DNA of 64,000 nucleotides, taken from assembly GCA_036172245.1 (NCBI GenBank), contig JAYWIR010000004.1:2976001-3040000 (forward strand). The letters are read 5' to 3'. This document shows, in pieces, positions 52,605-62,100 of the stretch. The DNA comes from Raillietiella orientalis (taxonomy: Eukaryota). The first letter of the stretch is position 1; each line of letters begins with the position of its first letter. A program made the translations under genes and the position numbers. The notes under the pieces were generated by a model. That model did no database searches and was not told where the DNA came from. It was given only the letters and a program-made list of their open reading frames with translations.

Positions 52605-54328
52605 TGCCACCCGGATACGCCAGGACGTTTATTCAAAACTCTCCTTAAGGTCATTACAAAACGTGGTACAAGACCCACTAACGGCCAACATTTCGCAGGT
52701 CCTGCCAGGACGCCGGGACGCAGACCAGCGTACTCTCCTCAGCAGTGGAAGGGGATGGGGGAAAAAACAAAAAGAAAAATGAAACAATAAGAAAAAAAAA
52801 AAGAATTTGGAGGGTGGAGAAGGAGGGTCCATGGGAGGAGGGTCCATCCTTTGCAGGATGCCCTCGGCATCCTTCTTCATTGAAGCCAGCTGGGGCCATC
52901 CGGTAGCTCTCTGCAGGAAGCGAACAGCATACGAGATGACATCCCTCTCGTCGGCGTCTTCATCTTCGGCTTCACTCCAGGCCGCCACAATCCCACGGAT
53001 GCAGCAAAGTGCTCCCAGGGCTGCGGCTGGCTGCAGGGCTTCCCTCACGAAGAGAAGGCGGTAAACGTCTCTGGAGTTGCCGCCAACCGGAATCCCAAGG
53101 GTCGTTCCGAAACGTTCTCACAGGGACCGGAGGGCAGGACAGTCAACTATCAGGTGGGGGAGGGACTCCCGCTCCCCGCACTTGGCACACTCAGGATGTA
53201 CTCTCCCCCACGTCCAATGGAAGCGGCGCGCGTTGCAGGGTAGACCCCAATGCAACAGCAGAAGCGCCGACTCTTGCCACTTCAGGGGGAGAATCCTGGA
53301 TCCGTTTAACACTGGGGACCACTTCAGGTCATCCATCTGGATGCCGAACACCTCGCCCCATCTCAGAAGTCCACGCGGAAGAACACTCGGGACCGTGGCA
53401 TCTGCTAGCTCTCCCATGATCCAGCCGCTCATCATCTTTTCTCTGCCTGCGATACGGCAAGAGAATTGCCACCTCGGCGTCCGGCTGCTGTGAAGCGCCC
53501 TTGTCAGAAAAGGCATCGCCGTAGCTAGGGGGGTTGTCTCAGCCCACGTTATGCTCACGGGATACTCCAGTATCTTCTGCAGAGTGTGGTGGGCGTAGAA
53601 GCCACTTCGCAGGCAGTTCCACGTCTCGTGGCTCCTTTCGTTTAACTTCGCTCATGTGCCAGCACACTCCTCCAGCCAGGCGTAGGAGTTGGCGGGGCTG
53701 CAGACCATCCAGCCGTTCTCCTTTGCCAGGGTGGCCATGCGTCCAAGGAGAAGGCTGCATCTTCTGATATTCCGGCCGGGGCACAGAAGATAAGACGCGA
53801 GTCCTTGCATCCTGGAGACACGGCTGGCTAGGAGGCGGGCCGGAACGCACCAAGGAGTGCTCCACAACTTCTCTGCGATGGCCATAGTGCGCAATCGCAG
53901 CTGGATTTCCAAGCGCTCCAGCGTCAGGAGGCCAAGACCGCTGTGCCGACGCGGAGCGCACAAGTCCTTCAGAGGCACTCGGGGCTTCCCGTTTCCCCAC
54001 AGGGCGATGCGGAGGAGGTCCTTTGTCTTTTTCAACTAGAGGGGAACGGGCAAACGAAAAGCAGGGGATGGAGGATGGGAGTGACGAACGCGTTCCACAC
54101 GGCGGCCCGTTCCGGCAAGAGGAACTTGCCATCCCAGAACGGGCCGATCACCAACTCTGCCTTCTGAAGGCAGCTGGAACACACCTCCGCCGGAGAATAG
54201 TCGGTACACCGAGGTACTTAAAGTACCGAACCGTGGGGATCCCCAAGCGGATCCAGTCCAATTGTTTTGCCCACGCCGAACCGACTGCTACTACGGACGA
54301 TTTCTCTCTGTTCACCTCCAGTTCGGAG
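52605..54328 (-). mobile_element. Best-preserved family-A copy, RT6-7 to tail
   Basis: LEVNREKS..FKYLGVP; LKDLCAPRRHSGLGLLTLERLE; ILPLKWQESALLLLHWGLP; CAKCGERESLPHLIVDC; GILQRM; AATAAA plus tail. Confidence 0.9.
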
Positions 54329-54334
54329 GGTGGA

Positions 54335-55005
54335 GGGAGTGGTGCACAGGGGAATCCCATGAAAAGTGCACTTCATCATTGGACACGGGGGAATATGGAT
54401 GCCAAGTGTAGCAGGTGCGTCGAGAAGATCTTCCCGAAGTTGCTGCCAGACCGTGCCGCCTTCCAACCCCTTTGGGATCGCCTCACGACGATCCTAGGAA
54501 TCCCGGTGGTCGGCCCCAGGGACATTTGCAGACACCTCTTCGTGCTTGGTGCCGCACTGTCGCCAGCCGCGTCCCTCTCTGTCCTCTGCTGTCCTCGCGG
54601 GATTGTGACGACCTAGAACGCAGGAAGAAGAGGCCAAAATGGCAGGAACGTCATCCACTGGACACGGATCTTCCTGAGAACCTCCTCGAGGTGGCCCCAC
54701 CTGGGTGAACTAAGGACACAAATTGTCAGCACCCTAAACAGGGTTCAGAGGGCCTCCCAGCGAAGTGTGATCACTCCCCCCCCCTCCTGCCAGGAAAAAT
54801 TTTCTTCTAGTTTTTGTTTTTTTGTTTTTTACCGGTTTTACCTTACTCATCGCCGCGGAAAAGGACCTCGCCGGTCCACGTACCGGTCGTAGCAAGTTTC
54901 GAGCACGTGGTAGAACCACGTGTTCTACCACAGAACCGATATCTCGACTGTACTTTTATTCTTTTAAATAAATAAATGCCTCGGCGAAACCAGGTGAAAA
55001 GCCAC
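54335..55005 (+). mobile_element. Family-A 3' fragment (zinc finger to tail)
   Basis: HHWTRGNMDAKCSRC...FQPLWDRLTTILGIP; hairpin at 54907-54931; AATAAA plus tail. Confidence 0.85.
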
Positions 55006-55029
55006 CTCCGAGGAATGGCAGGGGCATCG

Positions 55030-55455
55030 AATGTGCCAAGAGGCCAGACCGACAGCGGTGCCATCCACTGAACTGAACTCCTTTTGAGGATTGCCACGAG
55101 ATGGCCCCATTTGGGAACTAAAGAACACTTACTTTTCTGCATCCTCCAGAGAATAACACAGGGACACACAGTGATACCTTTCCAACCCCCCTCCCCCTTC
55201 CCTCCATCCAAACAAACAACTTTTTCACTTTTTTATTTATCGTTTTGCTTTTTCCTATCCCCTATGTCCCCGCATCGGACCCCAAGTGAGGCAAGCGGGA
55301 AAGAACTTTCAGAAACGAAACGCCGCTGCTGGTCTGCCCGGTACCGCCAGCCCGGCAGGTCCACTGTAAAATTGAATGTGGTAGGACCACGTACCCTATC
55401 ACCATACTTGTAAGTTTATTGTCTTTCAGCAAACGCCCCACGTGACCAGGTGGAG
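55030..55455 (+). mobile_element. Family-A extreme 3' fragment
   Basis: FCILQRIT C-terminus, 3'UTR and tail cgccccacgtgaccaggtgg. Confidence 0.75.
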
Positions 55456-55499
55456 ACTCCGAAGCTGACGGAGAGGGGATCTTCAGGGAGCCGGTGAGG

Positions 55500-57000
55500 A
55501 ACTATAGGAGCAAGGGTTTCATTTCGTCCAATCATTTTCGAGATGCCGCACATTGACATCTAGCGGGAAGTCAAGGAGGTGCTCGGTCGCTTCCAGCAGA
55601 TGAATGCATTTCCCTAGTAGACACCTCGCGTTGGAGGAAGGACCCTTACCTCGTGGAAGCTCTCCAGGGTCGATCCAGGCATGGTGCGACAGCGTCCTCC
55701 GTATCTTCCCACCACGGTCCATCCGAGTCTCCGGGTGTTCGTCAGGGAAGATGTGGTCGACGCTCCTTTCCATCCCGAATGCCCCAGTACATAGGCTGCA
55801 CGCGTGCGTCGTCGCTCACAACTCGCCGACCTGACTATGCTTCCTGTTGGTAGCAACCGCGGGGAGGTCTGAGGTTAAGATCGTCTGCAAGCAGGTGGAC
55901 CGTTCCTCCAGCCATCCGCGCTTCTCGGATTCCTAAAATCGGACTCTTTCCCTGAACAGACCGGGACCGCTTGGCAGGGTCACAACGTCGGTCACGACGA
56001 GGTCGATCGACCGCCTGATCGCGAGTTGTCCGGCTCGGCAGTCCCCTCGCACGTCTCGCACCACGCAATCCACTGCTGGCTCAACAGGAGAGGCCTCCCC
56101 GCACGAGCTGGCAAAGCCACACCGTCAGCACAGCTTTACGCCCGATCTCCACGGCGCCATCCACCGAGATCTTGCAGACCTCTCGGAGGAGCGCCAGATG
56201 GAAGGATCGGAGGGCGAGCGCTGCACTGCGCCTTTCTCCGTCGTCGCGCGGCCCGTTGACACCTCAACAGGTCACTCGTGACCGACGAGAGGACGAGAAA
56301 TGTTGCCGGGAATCTGAGGGTGTGACTTCCTCTTGCTGCGCAAGCGGGACGTCCGAAGGTGACACGGGAATATGGTCGATCGCAGCTGACCGTTCCTCTT
56401 TTTCACCCTTCGACCGCGGGGCTTCCTCCAGAGGGGAGTCCCACGATGCCACGGACATTGCCTCTTCTCCAGAAGCCGGCTCTTCACCCCTCTTCGGGGA
56501 CAGCTGCCTTCTCGGGGTCTCGGGCCATCGTCCGGATACCCTGCGGCTGGTCGCGCTCTCCGTTCCGCTGGCGGCTTCCGCGTCGGAGTCCGAGAGCCGC
56601 CGCGCCTCCGCTGGGGGCCTCCTCGAGGCCTCCCTTTATGCCCGGGTGGACAACTGCAGAGTTTCCTTCAGCTCCTCGACAGCCTGGAAGTAGGCGGCAC
56701 CGTCCTTTCCGAGCAGCTCGTCCGTCGTGGTGTCGACAACCTCGATCCTTCTCCGCTTTCCTCGATCGGCGCTTCGGTCGCGTTTCGCGCGGTGCGATCG
56801 CGGTGGGGCGATCGATTTGAACGCCCGCGCAGGGACTCGGCTGCTTGTCTCGCATGTTTTCCGCGCCTCCTCGTCCCCATCTGGTGCGGATCTGCCGCCG
56901 CCTACGAGCACAGATGATGCCGTCTGTGACCACGAAAACAGCTTGACGGACATCCTTGGGGGAGGTGGCTCCCGATCACCGGGGAAGGGTGGGGAAGCCA
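55500..57000 (-). mobile_element. ORF1-like remnant with a degenerate Zn-knuckle-like segment
   Basis: Mostly one reading frame with a few stops (IEVVDTTTDELLGKDGAAYFQAVEELKETLQL...), then CSLCTGAFGMERSVDHIFPDEH. Homologous to 33400-34900. Confidence 0.5.
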
Positions 57001-57319
57001 TGCGAGGAAGGAAGCAAGCCAGGAAGGAGGAGGAGAAAAGCGAGAGGCTGTTGCACCATGTCCAAGGCTCTTCTCTTCCTAAAAGAGGGGCCGCTTTGCC
57101 CGCCGTCTCTGCCACGCTCCTCGGCAGCAGTGGCGATGACAGACGCCCCTTCGTTCCTGCCGAGCGAGGAGCGCGTGGAAAGGAAGCGGGAACCAATGGA
57201 AAACTCCGGGAAGGAAAAGGTGGAAACAAGAGGGATGGGTGAGGAGGTCGGATCAAAGAATGCGACCCTGAAAAACACTGTTCAAGCCACATCGAGGAAG
57301 CGAGAGCGGTAGAGAAGCC

Positions 57320-57710
57320 CCCTGGCTCCTCGCTCTGAACCTTGGATTCTCCCGAGGGCATGGATCGAGGACGAGTGTGGATGCCAGGTACCATGTGTCG
57401 GTTCTGAGTCGGCGTGCGGGAGGTGCTCTAAGTGGTCAGCCATCCTTCTCTGGGACATCTGGCTGGCTACGAGCGCAAGGGGGACACGTTCGGCTGTGAA
57501 AGTCCGGCCTCGGGCCGGCAGGGAGGATCCACCGTAATCCCGGTCGGCCGGAAGAGCGAAAGACACGTGCAAACGATCCCGGAACCTTGCCTCCCGCATC
57601 ATCTCCTAGGCAACCGGCGGCGAGGACCGATAGACGCAGGAAAACCGCTGCCAACTTTCCAAAATCGACTCCTTCCTCTTCCAGTTGTTTCCGTTGGGAT
57701 GTGATTAACC
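57320..57710 (+). mobile_element. Second-family L1-like C-terminal fragment
   Basis: AILLWDIWLA resembles the L1-type W.IW motif and is followed by a frameshifted GGS..RNPG-like stretch at ~57522-57543. Confidence 0.4.
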
Positions 57711-58307
57711 ACTCTTTAAAGGATGATGCTAGGCTCCCGGGTTTTATCACCCGGACACGCTGAGGAGCTTATTCTAAAAATAAACCCACCGTTCTGCCAG
57801 GACCCTTGGCCATACCACGTGCCGAAGTTCTGTTCAGCTTGCCATTTGGGGTTCGATGCGGAGACACGGGAGATGGGAAGGGAGGAGGGGAATAAAACGA
57901 AAAAAAAAAAATGGGTTCAGAAAAATCGTTTGTTTGTGGGGTTCGGGAAGGGATCACAGTGCGTCCCGCGACGTCCAGCTCGTCATCCTCTGCAGGATGC
58001 GGGCGAGTTCTTTTCTAGTGCTTTCCAAATGGGGGTCATCTCGCGGCGATCCTCCTAAGGAGTTTCGCCCGGTGGATGGCACCTCCTTCTCTCTGGCCTC
58101 TTCTGGTAGCGTTCCAAGCCTCCATCGTCCGCTCAGGGCAGCAAGCGGCTCCTGGGCACGCGGCTGGCGTCAGTGCAGCACGCACGAAGAGGAAATTCAT
58201 GATGTCCCTGCGGATGCCCCAAAGGGACATCTGAAAACGTCCCCAAAGGGGTCAGAAGGAGATTCTTTCCGTTCTAATCGAGCGATTGGAACGGAATGAA
58301 TCGCTTG

Positions 58308-58550
58308 GTTTACCATCTGGTCACTCCGGGACGTTTATTATAAAAAGTAAACATACATGTGTAGGGTCATCGGACCTACATTGTCCGAAAATGCTCGGAA
58401 CCTGCCGAGTAACTGGCACGCACGCTGGCGATGTTCGCCTCGGCAGCGGAAGGAGAGGGGCAAACAAAAAATAAAAAATAAACAAAAAAATATATACAAA
58501 AAATTGGGAGGGTTCGCTTGGTTTGCACGAAGGGTAGGAGGGAGGATGAG
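58308..58550 (-). mobile_element. Family-A 3'UTR-only fragment
   Basis: Close match to 51200-51390 (acattgtccgaaaatgctcggaa...). Confidence 0.8.
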
Positions 58551-59299
58551 GGCACGTGATACAAGCGCGTCCGCGCATTGCCCAGGGAACAGACCGCAAG
58601 CGAAGGTCGACCTCCCTCTTCACTTTGCCGGGAAAGAGGGCTTCTGTCCAGTGGACTCTTTTCCTTCGCAGCTCGGAGACCCACGGATGGAGGAATAGGG
58701 AGCGAACGGCCGCTGCTTTCCCCTGACGGAAAAACAGCATTCAAACAGGACCAGGAGAACGAGGATTTGCGAACTCAGGGTGTGTCTTCTCCCGATTTTG
58801 ACTCCCCACTGACCTCGCTTGTGTCATAGCGTAGAGAGAGGCGCTACTTGACCTCCCTCCCTCTAGGACATGCCCTCCCTCTTTCTCCTCCGGGAGTTCA
58901 TTGCAGCGTCCCGTGACCCATCAGAATCACTCCGCACCCAGAAATTTCCATCTTTGATTTCGCCGAAGGACTGTCGCCACGCTGGCACCGGGCACGCATC
59001 GGGGTGGATGCATGCGGACGCGCCTGATGCGGAAGGGGGAGCTGGGAGGCGACTGTGGAGAAGGCGCGATCTTCGCAGCCCCCACCGACGAAGAAGAAGA
59101 CACAGCACAACAAGAGGTCAGAATAGGGCACCAGCGACCGGAAAAGGGGAAGATGCATGAACAACGGTTCTTCCCTGGGACGACAACTCACTGGTGGAAC
59201 TCCACAGCATAGCACGAGCGTGAGAGAAAGATCAAAAGCTGAAAAAGGAGGATTGATGGTCTGGAATACTTCGCTTTCCCTCCTCCCAAGTGTTTCGGG

Positions 59300-60157
59300 A
59301 ACGCTGATGCAGGAGAGATCTATCCAGGCGCAACTGCTGCTTGGTAGGAAGAAAGAAACCTTTCGGCAGGGGGCCGACGCGTGAAGTTGCGGACGCTGCG
59401 ACCCCCAGTGCCTCAACTAAAGGCCTGTTACGCTGGGCTCGGCTTCCGGAGATTCCTCCAGAACATCTGGTGTTGCCAGTTGTCTCTACGGACAGCTTTT
59501 CCCTCCCATCAGAGTGACAGGAGCTGGCGTTGCCGGTCTTGTGTTGGGGTCTCTCACGCGAATTGGGGTCTCTCACGCCACTGGACCCGGGGGAGGGTGG
59601 ACCCGAGCCGTTCCGGGTGCGGGGAAAGAGAAACTCTCCCGCATCTGCTGGTCGACTGTGTTGCCCTTTGGTCTTTTGGGGCATCCGCAGGGACATCATG
59701 AATTTCCTCTTCGTGCGTGCTGCACTGACGCCAGCCGCGTGCCCAGGAGCCGCTTGCTGCCCTGAGCGGGACGATGGAGGCTTGGAACGCTACCAGAAGA
59801 GGCCAGAGCGAAGGAGGTGCCATCCACCGGGCGAAACTCCTTAGGAGGATCGCCGCGAGATGACCCCCATTTGGAAAGCACTAGAAAAGAACTCGCCCGC
59901 ATCCTGCAGAGGATGACGAGCTGGACGTCGCGGGACGCACTGTGATCCCTTCCCGAACCCCACAAACAAACGATTTTTCTGAACCCATTTTTTTTTTTCG
60001 TTTTATTCCCCTCCTCCCTTCCCATCTCCCGTGTCTCCGCATCGAACCCCAAATGGCAAGCTGAACAGAACTTCGGCACGTGGTATGGCCAAGGGTCCTG
60101 GCAGAACGGTGGGTTTATTTTTAGAATAAGCTCCCCAGCGTGTCCGGGTGATAAAAC
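59300..60157 (+). mobile_element. Family-A 3' fragment, probable donor of the inverted duplication
   Basis: HWTRGRVDPSRSGCGERETLPHLLVDCVALW, ELARILQRM, 3'UTR and tail. Confidence 0.85.
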
Positions 60158-60949
60158 TGCTTCCTTCCTCTATGGGGGGAGTGAGTCGATAGGAACTGCT
60201 CAGGCGCCGCTCAGAACGACAGGAAACGCTTCTCGTTCCGGAAAGGAAAATTTCACAGAGAAACGCTCCCAGAAAACTTTCTGGAAACGAAAGGAACGAG
60301 CTCGAGGGGGGCTTCTCGAAGGTCGAAGGGGTTTCCAGAAGAGTGGTCGGAATTCGCACACCAGAAGCGGTGGCAGGGATCCACCTCGTCTGCAGCTGAG
60401 AGGACCTCTCGTGGTGGCAGATTGATTTCTCTCTCGGGAACCGAGAACGTTCCTCTTCCACGCTTCCGGTTATGCGCATGAAGAACGGCAGAGGCTTGGG
60501 ATGCACATCCTCTTGTAGTCGGAGCGACTTCCCTCCAGTCCAGAGAGCCTGAAAGCAAGCTCTGGGGGAACAGGACGCTGCCAGCTTGGCTGCTGTGCCC
60601 CCGATCTTCGAGAACCTGCGCTCAGCTTCTCTGATTCGTCCGCTGGTCGCCCCAGAGATCTTCAGCAAGATCCGGCTCTAACGAGAACACTGGGGGTCCC
60701 CTTCCTTTCCCCTTTACTGCCAAGCCTCCTTCAGGTTTAGCCGTGTGGGGTGAGCGTCGTGGAGAGGGTGCTCAACACTCCCCTTGGCGATGCGAACGGT
60801 GCAGCTGGGAACTGGGGGGTTCCTGCCATCGGCGGAGTGCTCTGGGAAGCGCCTTTCCTCTCCTCGCTCGCTTCCTCCCTCCGTCTTTCCTCTGGGACTT
60901 CCTATCTGGATGCCTGGTTCGGGTGAAAGGCGCTTGCTTGTGGCTCCAC

Positions 60950-61180
60950 TGCCTTTGTCCCCGGCACGGCGAAAGGTGCTGCCCACGCTGGGCGCCGAGT
61001 GGAACACTCCAGCTGCGCTTCCGGGTCCGACTTTTTCGATCCCCATGTAGGGGTGCTGCAGCGTCGATCCCACGCCCTCAACAAGGTGGCTCGATCGTCT
61101 CCATCCACGAGTATCCATCCACACCCGCATGCGCCGTGGCACGTGTCCACAGAGACGTTGGAAAAAGGTGCGTTTTGAGT
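60950..61180 (-). mobile_element. RNase HI-like retroelement fragment
   Basis: FSNVSVDTCHGACGCGWILVD and FAVPGTKAVEPQ (like V.GDSxLVxxQ). Confidence 0.35.
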
Positions 61181-61379
61181 ACGCATCCTGAAGAGGGCTT
61201 GCGCGCGGCCCCCACTCGAGAGACGAAGTCAGCGAGAAGATAGCCACCGTTCTTGTGCCACCATCTTGCGGGAGCTGTAGGAGAGTGTCAGCAGCACCTG
61301 TGGTGCGCCCAACCCCCCGCTTTCCAACCATCAATTTATTTATCCTCCCTATTCGGACACTGCTACGAGCAAGGTTCTT

Positions 61380-61545
61380 CGGCTGACCAGCGACTCTGCG
61401 AACCCTCCTGACTGGACTTTTTATTCCTCATTTTTTTTTTTTCCCGTTCGCGAGGAACGACGACGTTCCTTGTTTTTGCACGCTGCCTCCCCCCCCTCCC
61501 CATTCTTCAATAAATAAAGGCCCTGGAGTGACCAGGTGAAAAGCC
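61380..61545 (+). mobile_element. Family-A-like 3'UTR/tail fragment
   Basis: aataaataaaggccctggagtgaccaggtgaaaagcc tail. Confidence 0.7.
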
Positions 61546-61899
61546 ACACACACCAAAGGAAAAATTCTCCTCCGGAGAACCAATTCATCCCGTGCGCTCT
61601 CTTTTGATGGCTCAGAAATGTTCATCAATCAGGGAAAAACAGCATCCAAAAAGCACCCTTCCTCGGTGGGTTAGCATCTCGCTGATCTGTTTGCTGAACA
61701 AGAGTAAGCTGGCTGGTTCTGCCGGATGGGAGGAAAGAGACGACGATGAAGCCAAGACGACAGTCTCGTTCATCTCTTCTGTCCATTTCCGTGTGGTGGC
61801 GGCGGTTTGGATTTATCGCCAGCGGTGATTCATCGCATCTTCAATTCCGGCAGAGGAAACCGCGCAATACAAAATTCCCAACGTAAATTTTTTAACTGA

Positions 61900-62100
61900 G
61901 GATAAATCTTTGCCCATGGGAGAGCAGCATTAAAATTCATGCTTTTATCTAAATCGAATAGGGGATGAAGAATGAAGACCTTCGCTCCATGAAGATTTAC
62001 GCACGTGCTCACGCCGATGACTGCGCGAATTCAAAGCTCGGAAAGGATATCGAAGAACCGATAAATCCTCGATTCTGGATGCCGTGTGCCTTCTCTTTCG
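61900..62100 (+). mobile_element. Old LINE RT remnant
   Basis: IYARAHADDCA resembles the LAYADDIA catalytic motif. Confidence 0.35.

Larger units (their letters stand above)
57741..60157. repeat. Long inverted repeat: arms 57741-58223 and 59675-60157, spacer 1451 bp
   Basis: The arms are reverse complements over 483 bp with about 4 differences seen (2 substitutions, 2 single-base indels). Both arms are a family-A 3' end. Confidence 0.95.
33400..61545. mobile_element. Dense cluster of L1/Tx1-like non-LTR retrotransposon fragments in both orientations
   Basis: Repeated LEVNRxKS/KYLGVP (RT6-7), LCAPRRDGGLGLL (post-RT), CxxCGERESLPHLxVDC (C-terminal zinc finger) and a shared 3'UTR. No host exons recognised. 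Confidence 0.85.

Noticed and set aside
44470..61545. Interpreting the repeats as a host tandem gene family or LTR element
   Set aside because: All copies carry stops or frameshifts, are variably 5'-truncated with shared 3' ends, and have non-LTR RT and zinc-finger motifs; no LTR, PBS or integrase seen.
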